A stretch of 64,000 nucleotides of DNA from Ignavibacteriota bacterium (GTDB lineage Bacteria > Bacteroidota > Ignavibacteria > UBA10030 > UBA6906). Shown here piece after piece: positions 40,816 through 50,212 of the stretch; position 1 is the stretch's first letter; each line of letters starts with the position of its first letter. Under the pieces are notes generated by a model. It ran no database searches. It was not told where the DNA came from and was given only the letters and a program-made list of their open reading frames with translations. Made by a program: the position numbers and the translations under genes. The stretch covers positions 512,254-576,253 of the forward strand of contig CAVPCZ010000003.1 in NCBI GenBank assembly GCA_963702445.1, given 5' to 3'.

Positions 40816-41541
40816 GAGAAGCAGACCGCGGGTGGTGGACCCGGACGCGTTCTGGCCGCCGTTCTGGTGGTCTTCCCTGTGGGCACAGCCACGGCCCAGT
40901 ACGATGAGCCGCGGGAGTACGCTTCTTCCGAAGCCCGGTTTTTCAGCGCCGGTGCGATGTACCGTGATTTTGCGCCCTCAGCCGGCAACCCGACTCCCGA
41001 TTCTCTCGCCATCAGGTACAGGGCGTGGATGCCCACGCTGGCGTTTGACCAGGGGCCGTTCGAAGTGATCTTCGGTTATACACGGTACGTATTGAATGGT
41101 TCGTCGCGTGAGGCCGTCTTCCTGGGCACAACCGTGTCGACCGATCTGATCGTTGCAGGATCACGTTCAAGTGCGCTTCTGGTGCCGCTCTGCGGGGCCG
41201 CCGACTTTACGAAGTCGGAATCCAACGGCGCCGAACGGGATAACTTCAATGTCGCAAGTGTGGGAATCGGCGCCGGCGTGAAGTACCGTGCCCTGTCGCC
41301 GTCGATGGAGTTCAGTATTCAGGCGCTGGGGATCATCCATTACAGCTTTGAAGGGTTCAGCACGGGGAGCGGCTCATCCACAGCGGTGCTCGGCGATGCG
41401 CGACTGCTCCTGCGGAATATACGGCTGCTCGATGGACTGGTATGCGGATACCGGTTCCGGTATCAACGCTGGTCCCTTTCCAACGCGAATGCCGATTATC
41501 AGACCGTCTCGCACGGCCCGTACCTGGGCGTGCTGTTCTGA
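40812..41541 (+). CDS. small outer-membrane beta-barrel-like protein (hypothetical); start-proximal frameshift
   Basis: ATG 40812 overlaps the upstream stop (ATGA). After MREADRGWWTRTR the frame must shift near 40848 to read VLAAVLVVFPVGTATAQ.. (signal peptide). Alternating beta-strand pattern with terminal ..GPYLGVLF*. Confidence 0.55.
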
Positions 41542-41545
41542 ACCC

Positions 41546-43470
41546 ATGCCCCAGATCATTAAAAGCATCCGCGCCCGCATTGTCTGGACCTTCGCCGTCC
41601 TGGTCGTGCTGAACCTTGCCAGCAGCTACTGGTCGATATACAACTTCTATTCGATTGCGACAAGTGTGACGACCATCATCAGGGAGAACTATCAGAGCGT
41701 GCTTGCGGCGGAGAACATGATGAAGTCGCTGGAGCGGCAGGACAATGCTCTCCTGGTGGCGAGCGAGGGCGAGCCGCCGACCGCGGAAGGGAGCCTGACG
41801 GAAAACCGGGATCTCTTCCTGAAATGGACGGAGAACAGGGATCTCTTTTACTACTGGTACGACCAGGCGGTGCGTTCCGCGGTCATGCCCGGCACAGGAG
41901 CCCTTGCGGGATTCCATCCAGGCGGCATACATGCAGTACATGCTCCTCGGCGACTCCATGAATGCGCGCATCAAACAGGGGGCATTTGAAGGGGCAAAGG
42001 CCTACTACTACGACCGGGTCCGGCCGATGTCGGATCAGCTGCGCGATCTCTGCTTCCAGATGTTTGAAATCAACCAGAACGCGCTGTACAACGCCATGCC
42101 GCAGACCCATTCGATCGCCAACAAGACCGCATTCGGTTCCATGCTGATGTCCATCGGCAGCCTGATTCTCAGCATCATTGCCACCGCCTGGCTCATCCGG
42201 TCGTTCATCACCCCTGCCGAACAGCTCACCGAAAAGGTGAAGCAGATCGGCGCGGGGAAGGTCGACCTGAAGATCGATGTCCTGTCGGACGACGAGGTCG
42301 GTCAGCTCAGCCGCGAATTCAACAAGATGACGGAGCGGCTGCGGCAGTACGAGGTGATGAACATCGACAAGATGCTCTCCGAGAAGAGCAAGTCCGAGGC
42401 GATCGTGGACAACATCGCGGACGGGTTGATCATGACCGACGGGGCGATGAACATCCTGCATGTGAACCGTCTGGTGGCCGACCTGTTCGGGTTTGATGAG
42501 CCCACCGCCATCGGGCGGCCGGTCCGGAGTCTGATCGGTGATGAACGGCTCCTGTTTCTCCTGGAGCAGGCGATTGCCGGCGGCACCGGCGACGGTCCCG
42601 CATGATATGTCCCATTTCCAGGTGTCGGCAAAGGGGGTGACCCTGTTCTTCCGGCCCAAAATCACGCGTTCTGCGGGACCGTGACGGACAGCGTGTATGA
42701 GCGTCCTGGCGTTGCTGCAGGATATCACGCAGTTCAAGGAACTCGACCGGATGAAGTCGGAGTTCATTGCCACCGTCTCCCACGAGTTCCGGACTCCCGT
42801 TACGTCGATCACCATGTGCGTGGACATTCTGAACCAGCAACTGCTCGGCCCGCTCACCGCACGGCAGAAGGAGCTGGTATCCTCCGCAAAAGAGGATTGC
42901 ACACGGCTGACGAAACTTGCGCGGGAGCTGCTGCAGCTCGCGCGCATCGAGGCCGGCAGGGTGACGTTGCGCGAAGAAGAACTGCATTTGCATGACGTCG
43001 TGGAGTCGTTGCTCAGGCCGCTGCAGATCCAGTTCCAGGAAAAGAACGTGCGGCTCGTCGCGGATGTGCCTGTGGATATGCCGGTGTTGACCGCGGACGA
43101 GCAGCAGCTCTCATGCGTGATTACAAACCTGGTGACCAATGCGCTCAAGTACACCCCGGCCGGCGGGACCGTGAGTGTCCGGGGGCGGCACGAAGGAGGG
43201 GCGTTGCAGTTCGAGGTGCAGGACACGGGGGCGGGGATCCCGCAGGAGTTTCTGGAACGGATTTTCGACAAGTTCGTGCAGGTGAAACAGGCATCGGACA
43301 CCACGCCCGGAAGCGTGGGGCTCGGGCTGGCCATTGCAAAGGAGATCGTGGAAATGTACGGCGGCAGGATCTGGGCGGAAAGTCTTCCCGACAGGGGAAG
43401 TACGTTCGCGTTTCGACTGCCGCTCCGCCGCACGGAAGCACCGCTGCGGCCGCAGGGGGTGCAGGAATGA
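41546..43470 (+). CDS. sensor histidine kinase (4HB-type sensor, TM, HAMP, PAS, HisKA, HATPase_c); about 4 frame disruptions
   Basis: ORFs 41288..41989, 41904..42605 and 42697..43470 join near 41886 and 42597. A short out-of-frame stretch at about 42665-42692 contains TGA 42682-42684; the corrected reading is ..PKITRVLRDRDGQRVMSVLALLQDITQFKELD... Has H-box SHEFRTP, N-box NLVTNALKYT and G-boxes DTGAGI and GSVGLGLAI. Confidence 0.88.
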
Positions 43471-44782
43471 GTAAACGACTCCTGCTCGTGGATGATGAGC
43501 AGAACATCGTCCGCGACCGTGACCATCGCACTGGAAGCGTCGGGGTACACCGTGACGGCATTCTTGAATCCGCTGCAGGCGGTGGAAGCGATGCAGGAGG
43601 AGCGGTTTGACATCGGCCTGTTTGATCTGAAGATGCAGCCGATCGACGGGATCATGCTGCTGCGCGAGGCACGCCGGCTGGCCCCGGAAATGACCGTCGT
43701 CCTGATGACGGCCCACGGCAGCATCGGTTCGGCCGTGGAGGCGATCAAACTCGGCGCATACGACTATCTGCAGAAACCGTTTGAATTCGCGGAATTGCAG
43801 CGGTTCATGGAGAAGGTCAGCGACCATCACCGTCTGACGGCGGAGGTGCGGTTATTGAAGGCGGAACTTGCGCGGCATTCCGAAACCGGACTGCTGGTGA
43901 CCCGCAGCGAACGGATGAAGAGCGTGATCGACCTGGCGATGCAGGTGGCGCCGAGCAATATCGCCGTGCTCATCGAAGGCGAGAGCGGCACCGGGAAGGA
44001 ACTCCTCGCGCATTTGATTCATGACAACAGTCCGCGGCGGGACAAACCCTTTGTGACCGTCAATTGTACGGCCCTTGCGCAAACGCTGCTGGAGAGTGAA
44101 CTGTTCGGCCACGTGAAAGGGGCGTTCACCGGTGCGGTGAAGGACCGGCAGGGGCGGTTCGATGCCGCGGACGGCGGAACGATCTTTCTGGACGAAATCG
44201 GGGAGATTCCGCCTCCGACGCAGGTGAAGCTGTTGCGTTTCCTGCAGCACAAGGAATTTGAGCGTGTGGGGGAGACGACCACGAGCAAAGTGGACGTGCG
44301 GGTCCTGGCGGCAACCAACCGCGATCTGCAGGAAGCGGTGAGCGCGGCGACGTTTCGTGAGGATCTGTACTATCGCTTGAACGCCGTGAAGGTGAAACTC
44401 CCCCCCCTGCGTGAGCGGGGGGAGGACATCACGCTGCTGGCGCAGCATTTCCTGGAGAAATTCGGTTTCGCGGGGGAGATCACGCCTCCGGTCTATGCCG
44501 CGTTGCGGGCGTATCCCTGGAAGGGAAATGTCCGGGAGCTTGAGAACGTTATCGAACGCGCGGTGATTCTTGCGCGCGGTGAGACATGTGCAGTTGTTTC
44601 ACCTTCCCGAAGAGTTCCAGTCGCTTCTCAATCAGGCAAAGAACCCGCTTTCCCTGGAAGAGGTGGAACAGCAGCACATCATCAAGGTATTGCGGACGGC
44701 GAAGGATCTCGAAGAGGCGGCGGCGATTCTGGGGATTGACCCGGCCACGCTCTGGCGGAAGAGAAAGAAATACAGCCTGTGA
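43467..44782 (+). CDS. sigma-54-dependent response regulator (NtrC family bEBP: REC, AAA+, Fis-type HTH); 2 frameshifts
   Basis: ATG 43467 overlaps the kinase stop (ATGA). MSKRLLLVDDEQNIV joins ORF 43492..44739 near 43513. Has GESGTGKE, ESELFGHVKGAFTGA and RELENV. The C-terminal HTH in ORF 44570..44782 joins near 44586 (..EEVEQQHIIKVLRTAKDLEEAAAILGIDPATLWRKRKKYSL*). Confidence 0.9.
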
Positions 44783-44793
44783 GCCGGACGGCC

Positions 44794-44822
44794 TTGCATT
44801 TTGCATGATGCCGCAATATATT
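44794..44822 (+). promoter_or_regulatory. putative sigma-70-type promoter TTGCAT-17-TATATT
   Basis: -35 at 44794-44799 and -10 at 44817-44822, with hexamers identical to the predicted copZ promoter. It lies about 230 nt upstream of the STAS gene ATG. Confidence 0.45.
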
Positions 44823-44982
44823 GTCGGGTAACGTCTTATCCGCATTTCACCTGCCGATGTTGTTTTCCATCGTGCAGAGTGCAGGGAATCGTTCGACGCG
44901 GAGATCATGCTCCGGTTGATCCGGGCGCATTAACTCCCGTGTCAATAAGAGATTAGTGCGGGACCGCAGCATGCCCGCACCG

Positions 44983-44998
44983 TGGCACCCCGTTTGCC
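44983..44998 (+). promoter_or_regulatory. sigma-54 (-24/-12) promoter TGGCACcccgtTTGCc
   Basis: TGGCAC at 44983-44988 and TTGC at 44994-44997. The GG and GC dinucleotides are separated by exactly 10 nt, matching the TGGCAC-N5-TTGC consensus. It lies 55 nt upstream of ATG 45053 and immediately downstream of a sigma-54 activator gene. Confidence 0.65.
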
Positions 44999-45052
44999 TT
45001 ACAGTTGTCCAGAATTCCCTCACTACGTATTTCTTAGCTATCGGGAGGTACC

Positions 45053-45406
45053 ATGGCCGTCAAAACCACAACGCTTCAGAGCGGCAAGATCGGTGTTATT
45101 GAGGTCAAAGGATCGCTGGTAGGGGGCGATGAGACCGACGAATTGCGGAGTGCGATCGCGGATTTTGTGGAGCAGGGGACAAAGAAGCTGATCATTGATC
45201 TGGGCAAGGTCACCTATCTGAACAGCACGGCTATCGGCGTGCTGGTGAGCGCACACACGACGTTCTCACGCAACAAGGGACACGTCAAGCTGTGCGAAAT
45301 CAACAAGAACATCAACAATATCTTCGTCATCACGAAGCTCACCCTGGTGTTCGATGTCGCCGAGACACGGGATGAGGCGGTGAAGGCGTTGAGCGCAATT
45401 GAGTAA
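45053..45406 (+). CDS. STAS-domain protein (anti-sigma-factor antagonist, SpoIIAA/RsbV-like), paralog 1
   Basis: 117 aa with ..LIIDLGKVTYLNSTAIGVLVSAHTTF..VKLCEINKNINNIFVITKLTLVFDV... GGGAGG lies upstream of the ATG. Confidence 0.88.
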   Translation: MAVKTTTLQSGKIGVIEVKGSLVGGDETDELRSAIADFVEQGTKKLIIDLGKVTYLNSTAIGVLVSAHTTFSRNKGHVKLCEINKNINNIFVITKLTLVFDVAETRDEAVKALSAIE

Positions 45407-45451
45407 GAATTCACAGTTCACGCAGTCCACACTACACAGAGGAGCGCATCA

Positions 45452-46231
45452 ATGAAGCAGTCTCTTTTCCTGTCGACAGTGATCATCGTCACCGGTGTTG
45501 TGGCGATCCTGATCTTCTGGTTCATTCTCGGCAATCCCGCAAACTTCCGGAACGGCGAAGTCCGGACGGTGCCCGACAACCTGCTCGGGACGGTGTACAC
45601 GGGGGGTGTTGTGGTGCCCATCCTGATCACGCTGACCCTGATGGACATCACGCTGGTGTTTGAGCGGTTGTTCTCCCTGCGCAAAGCAAACGGCAAGCGT
45701 TCGATGACCACGTTTCTGAAGAGCATCCAGAGCCAGCTGATGAAGGGCCAGGTTGACGAGGCCATCAAGGAATGCGACGCGCAGCGCGGTTCGGCGGCGA
45801 ACATCATCCGGACCGGGCTCGAGCGTTACAAGACGGTGCTGTCGGAGAAGAAGATGGATTCGGAAAAGCGTATGGCGGAGACGCAGCGCGCGATTGAAGA
45901 GGCGACAAGTCTTGAGACGCCGTTGCTCGAGCGGAATCTGATCGCCCTCTCCACGATCGCCTCGATTGCGACCATGATGGGCCTGCTCGGCACGACGGTC
46001 GGTATGATCCGCGCCTTCACCGCTCTGGCCAAAGCCGGCAGCCCGGATGCGATCCAGCTCTCCATCGGGATCTCCGAAGCCCTTATCAACACGGCGCTCG
46101 GGTTGCTCGCGGCCATCATCGGTATTGTTGCGTACAACTTCTTCGTGACGAAAGTGGACAATTTCACCTACATGATCGACGAAGCCAGCTACAATGTCGT
46201 TCAGATTCTCAACAGCCGCAGCACCGACTAA
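45452..46231 (+). CDS. exbB: MotA/TolQ/ExbB proton-channel family protein
   Basis: 259 aa with 3 TM helices; the C-terminal half reads ..LSTIASIATMMGLLGTTVGMIRAFTAL..ISEALINTALGLLAAIIGIVAYNFF... Confidence 0.92.
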   Translation: MKQSLFLSTVIIVTGVVAILIFWFILGNPANFRNGEVRTVPDNLLGTVYTGGVVVPILITLTLMDITLVFERLFSLRKANGKRSMTTFLKSIQSQLMKGQVDEAIKECDAQRGSAANIIRTGLERYKTVLSEKKMDSEKRMAETQRAIEEATSLETPLLERNLIALSTIASIATMMGLLGTTVGMIRAFTALAKAGSPDAIQLSIGISEALINTALGLLAAIIGIVAYNFFVTKVDNFTYMIDEASYNVVQILNSRSTD

Positions 46232-46249
46232 GCGCGGAACGGAGAACGT

Positions 46250-46775
46250 ATGCCAAAATTCAAGCCGCACCGACAAGGCGTCCGCATCGACATGACGCCG
46301 CTGGTGGACGTGGCGTTCCTGCTGCTGACGTTTTTCATGTTGACGACGCAGTTTAAGCCCCAGGAAGAGGTGACGATCATATTGCCTTCTTCCCATTCGG
46401 AATTCAAGCTGCCGGAATCGGACGTGATGATGATCAGCATAGCCAAGGAAGCGACGCCCATCGGCAATGACACGACCCACATCTGGCTGGGACTCGACTC
46501 GCAGATTCTGCGGCAGCGGCTCTTCACGGAGTACAAGAACGTACCCAGGTACGGGGAGAAGTACTACCTGCAGATCAGTTATCCCCGTGCCGAAGAGCCA
46601 GCTCGCGAATTACCTCGTCCAGGCCCGCACGGCAAATCCGAAACTCCGCACGGTGATCAAAGGTGACCGGGATGCGGATTACGGTATTGCCGAGGATGTG
46701 ATGGAGATCCTCCAGAAGACCCAAATCACGCGTTTCAGTCTGGTGACCGATCTCGCCAGAACAGTTCAGGAATAG
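46250..46775 (+). CDS. exbD: ExbD/TolR biopolymer transport protein (copy 1); one frameshift
   Basis: MPKFKPHRQGVRIDMTPLVDVAFLLLTFFM.. joins ORF 46467..46775 at the C4 run near 46584 (..YYLQISYP / VPKSQLANYLVQARTANPKLRTVIKGDRDADYG..). Confidence 0.88.
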
Positions 46776-46785
46776 GAGGCCGATT

Positions 46786-47281
46786 ATGTCTGGTGGAGAT
46801 GTAGCTGAAAGACCTCAAAAAGGAAAAGGGCAAGAAGAAGAAGGCCCGCCGCCTCGGCATCCGGATTGACATGACGCCGCTGGTGGACGTGGCACTTCTG
46901 CTGCTGACCTTTTTCATGTACACCACGAGCATGTCGCGCCCGCAGACGATGGAGATCAACCTGCCGCCCGACAAGGACGTGAAGGTGGAAATCGCCGAAT
47001 CGAATCTGCTCACGCTGCGGATCAACGACAAAGGGGAGATCTTCTGGAACTCGGGGATCGAATCGCCCAAGCGGCTCGATCCCGCGGAACAGCGCAAGTT
47101 CCTGAGGGAGAAATCCCAGGGCAACCCCAAGTTGACCACGCTGGTGAAGGTGGACCGTGAAGGGCGGTACGAAATGCTCGTGAATATCATTGACGAGCTC
47201 AACCTCGCCGGGATTCAGCGCTTCAGCATCGCGCCCTTGCTCGACGCCGACAAGGCGTTGCTCGCACGGGCGAAACCGTAA
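46786..47281 (+). CDS. exbD: ExbD/TolR biopolymer transport protein (copy 2); start-proximal frameshift
   Basis: AGGAGG 46774-46779 lies 6 nt before ATG 46786 (MSGGDV..). The frame must shift near 46804 to read LKDLKKEKGKKKKARRLGIRIDMTPLVDVALLLLTFFM.., which parallels copy 1 (RIDMTPLVDVA). Confidence 0.85.
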
Positions 47282-47301
47282 GGGGAAGGAGGAAACGTAC
47301 T

Positions 47302-48045
47302 ATGGCTGCAGTTGCTGCGGCAGTGTCATACAAAGGAGCCGAATACGGCGCGATCGAGCTCAAGAAGGTCTATCAGAAGTACTGGACGATCGGGTTGAGC
47401 ATTTCCGTGGCGATCCACCTCGTTCTTGTCAGCTCGTACTATCTGGTCGGGCTGCTCAGTGAGGAAGAACCGCCGATGGTGAACGTCCGGATCATGAAGT
47501 ACAGCGATCTCGGACCGCCCCCCTCGATTACGAGTGCGAACACGCCTCCGCCGATCTCCGTTTCGGCGCCCACGGCCAAACCGACCGTCGGTGCACCCGT
47601 GCCGGTGCCGGACGCGGAAGTGAGCGCGGAACAAACCATGGCCACGCAGACGGAAATGAGCCAGACGGTTGCGCCCATGATCGAAGGAACCGGCGGTGAC
47701 GGCAATGTGGAGATCCAGCAGGATATCCGGATTGATGAGGATGCCCCGCCTGCCGACTTTGTGCCGGTGGAAAAGGAACCGGTTGCCATCAAGAAGGTGG
47801 AACCGAAGTATCCGGATCTGGCGATGCGTGCAGGCCTCGAAGGAAAAGTGTGGGTGAAGATCTGGGTGGACAAGGAGGGGAAGGCCAAACAGGTGGTGAT
47901 CCTGAAGAGCGATGCCGAGATCTTCAACGAACCGGCGGTCGAGGCGGCAAAACAGTGGGTGTTTACTCCTGCGTACATGAATAACGGACCGGTTGCGGTG
48001 TGGGTCTCCATCCCGTTCCGGTTCAAGCTGGCCGAGCGCAAGTAA
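47302..48045 (+). CDS. tonB: energy transducer TonB
   Basis: N-terminal TM anchor, a Pro-rich spacer (..PPPSITSANTPPPISVSAPTAKPTVGAPVPVP..), and the TonB C-terminal domain ..PKYPDLAMRAGLEGKVWVKIWVDKEGKAKQVVILKS... Confidence 0.92.
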   Translation: MAAVAAAVSYKGAEYGAIELKKVYQKYWTIGLSISVAIHLVLVSSYYLVGLLSEEEPPMVNVRIMKYSDLGPPPSITSANTPPPISVSAPTAKPTVGAPVPVPDAEVSAEQTMATQTEMSQTVAPMIEGTGGDGNVEIQQDIRIDEDAPPADFVPVEKEPVAIKKVEPKYPDLAMRAGLEGKVWVKIWVDKEGKAKQVVILKSDAEIFNEPAVEAAKQWVFTPAYMNNGPVAVWVSIPFRFKLAERK

Positions 48046-48148
48046 CAGTGCGGAACGGCCCCGCAGGGGAAGAGGTATGCCCCGAGGGGGAAGGAAGCTG
48101 ATGCCTCGCCTTCCCCCTTGTGCGCCTGGAGTCCGAGCGAACGCTCTC

Positions 48149-48343
48149 ATGAATGCCATGCGGTGGGTGATTCTTGGCCTGTCTGCCGCGGCAATGGCAG
48201 GCGGCGTGCTGATCATGACCGGCTATCTGGTGCCGCGCCACGCGATTTTCTCCGATCAGATCAATTTCGCGTTCGGTGCCGTCATCTTTCTCTACGGGCT
48301 GTACCGGTTTGTGATCACCTACTTTCGGAGGCCACGACCATGA
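48149..48343 (+). CDS. hypothetical 64-aa two-TM membrane protein
   Basis: MNAMRWVILGLSAAAMAGGVLIMTGYL..FAFGAVIFLYGLYRFVITYF... The stop overlaps the ATG of the next gene (ATGA), which supports real translation. Confidence 0.5.
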   Translation: MNAMRWVILGLSAAAMAGGVLIMTGYLVPRHAIFSDQINFAFGAVIFLYGLYRFVITYFRRPRP

Positions 48344-49266
48344 ACGTGCCACGCCAGCTCTGCACCTACCTCTGGTGCGGGATGCTGATCGCCGGCTGCA
48401 CGCGGGAGCCCGGGTCGACCCAGCTCACGAAGGGTGCACTGCGGGTCGACTGCGACGAAGCGGTGGCTCCCGTGGTGCGGCTTCTGGTGGAGGAATTCCA
48501 CCGGCAGTATCCGGATGCAAACGTCACGGTGAATCCGGTCGAAGCCCGTGAAGCGACCGCCAACTTTGTCAACGACAGCGTCCGGGTGATCGTCGTTGCC
48601 CGCCCGCTGAACGCTGAAGAACGGTCTTTTCTGACGACGACGAAGACCTGGTTCGAAGAATATCACGTCGCCCAGGGAGCCGTTGCGGTCATCGCCAACA
48701 CGGCGAATCCGGTGAAAACGCTGCGGGTCGGGCAGGCAGACAGCATCTTCTCCGGCCTCGTGACGGCGTGGCCGGGATGGCGTGCCGGAGGCCCGATTGA
48801 TGTTGTGGTCGGCGGGATCAATTCCAGCACGAATGAGGTGTTCCGGGAAGCCATCCTCGGTTCCCGGAAGTATGCGCTTTCGGCGACACCGTTTTCGTCA
48901 AGCAGTGAGCTGCTGGATCACGTGCGGCAAACGCGCAGCGCCATCGGACTGCTCAGTGTCTCCTGGTTAAAGGGGGTCGAAAATGACGTTTCGGTGCTCG
49001 GGCTTGCGCGTCCCGGCGTCTCGCCGGATTCGTCGCAGTCGCCCGGCAAACCGTACACGCCGATCCAGGGATATGTGTACAAAGGATACTATCCGGTTTG
49101 TACACCCGTGTACATCTACACGCGCTCCATTGACCGGGACGTGGCGCTGGGATTTATCTCGTTCGCCAGCAGCGGGCAGGGACAGAAGGTGTTCCTGGAC
49201 AACGGGCTGGTGCCGGTAAAGAGTCCTGTGCGACTCATCCAACTTACATCCGAACAGGTGAAATGA
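48340..49266 (+). CDS. PstS-family (PBP-like) periplasmic substrate-binding lipoprotein
   Basis: Start at MNVPRQLCTYLWCGMLIAGC (lipobox) within ORF 48118..49266. Type-2 PBP pattern ..RVIVVARPL.., ..GAVAVIANTANP.., ..INSSTNEVFRE... Confidence 0.8.
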   Translation: MNVPRQLCTYLWCGMLIAGCTREPGSTQLTKGALRVDCDEAVAPVVRLLVEEFHRQYPDANVTVNPVEAREATANFVNDSVRVIVVARPLNAEERSFLTTTKTWFEEYHVAQGAVAVIANTANPVKTLRVGQADSIFSGLVTAWPGWRAGGPIDVVVGGINSSTNEVFREAILGSRKYALSATPFSSSSELLDHVRQTRSAIGLLSVSWLKGVENDVSVLGLARPGVSPDSSQSPGKPYTPIQGYVYKGYYPVCTPVYIYTRSIDRDVALGFISFASSGQGQKVFLDNGLVPVKSPVRLIQLTSEQVK

Positions 49267-49267
49267 G

Positions 49268-50212
49268 ATGAAACGAGCTATGATGGTGTTGCTTCTCGGG
49301 TGTGTCCTGCAGTCCGGGTACGGCCAGGAATTCCTTACGAAGGGGAAGGTTGCGCTCGGGGCAAAGGATACCGCCGCGGCTCTTGCCGCCTTCGAGCAGG
49401 CGGTAAAGGCCGGACAGAAACCCGGAGAGGCGAACTACTACCTGGGTGCGATTGCCCTTGCGCGCGGGAACACCCCCAACGCCATCAGGTACCTGGAGGA
49501 AGCGGTCCGTTATGACGACGAAAACGTGGATGCCCTGCGCAAGCTGGGGGAGGCCCAGGTGCTGAACAAGAATGTCAAGGCGGCGCTTCCCCACCTGCGC
49601 CGGGCGATAAAACTCGCACCGAAGAACGGTGCGACGATGGCGGCGTACGGCCGGGCACTCCTGGCCGTGGACTCGGTGGATGCGGCGATCGTGCAGTTCA
49701 CCCGCGCAAAGGAATTTACGCCCGACGATCCGACCATCTACGAGGGACTGGGCGATGCCTACGGGAAGCAAAACGTGGTCGTGATGGTCGTGAGCAACTA
49801 TCAGAAGGCGATCGAACTGGACCCGCGCAATGTTGACCGCCGGGTGAAGCTGGCGCGCGTCTATGAAAAGGACCGGAAATACACGGACGCCGTTCGCCAG
49901 TTCGAGGAAATCATCAAGCTTGACTCAACAAACGCCGGCGCCTATATGCAGAAAGGGAACATCCTCCTGCGTGCGAAAATGTACAAGCAGGCGGTCCCGC
50001 CTCTCCGTACCCTGACGCAGCTTCAGCCGAAGTCGGCCGAGGCATCCGTCCTCCTGACAAAAGCCCTGTCCGGTGCCGGAGACTATCCCGAGGTCGTCAA
50101 GGAGGGGAAGCGATCCCTGAAACTCGATTCGGCGAACACGGACGTCTGGCGCATGGTGGCGCAGGCGCAGGTGGAGACGAAGGAATACGCGGAGGCGCTT
50201 GTCGTCATATGA
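49268..50212 (+). CDS. tetratricopeptide repeat protein (secreted)
   Basis: 314 aa with a signal peptide and multiple TPR units (..ANYYLGAIALARGN..AIRYLEEAV..). Confidence 0.85.
   Translation: MKRAMMVLLLGCVLQSGYGQEFLTKGKVALGAKDTAAALAAFEQAVKAGQKPGEANYYLGAIALARGNTPNAIRYLEEAVRYDDENVDALRKLGEAQVLNKNVKAALPHLRRAIKLAPKNGATMAAYGRALLAVDSVDAAIVQFTRAKEFTPDDPTIYEGLGDAYGKQNVVVMVVSNYQKAIELDPRNVDRRVKLARVYEKDRKYTDAVRQFEEIIKLDSTNAGAYMQKGNILLRAKMYKQAVPPLRTLTQLQPKSAEASVLLTKALSGAGDYPEVVKEGKRSLKLDSANTDVWRMVAQAQVETKEYAEALVVI

Noticed and set aside
42682-42684. In-frame TGA in the kinase PAS domain (and TAG at 17865-17867) as stop-codon recoding or selenocysteine
   Set aside because: The TGA disappears when a ~30-nt stretch is read in the neighbouring frame (..ITRVLRDRDGQRVMSVLALLQDIT..), i.e. 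there are two compensating indels. TGA, TAA and TAG all serve as ordinary gene ends throughout the window (TGA at radA, hpnC and the kinase; TAA at dctM and nagB; TAG at hpnD). No SECIS-like context was examined or is needed.
44794-44806. Tandem TTGCATtTTGCAT as a bEBP enhancer (UAS)
   Set aside because: The first hexamer sits exactly 17 bp upstream of TATATT and matches the -35 hexamer predicted at three other promoters in the window, so a sigma-70-type -35 element is the simpler reading. The GTGCAG tandem at 44872-44884 is kept as the UAS candidate.
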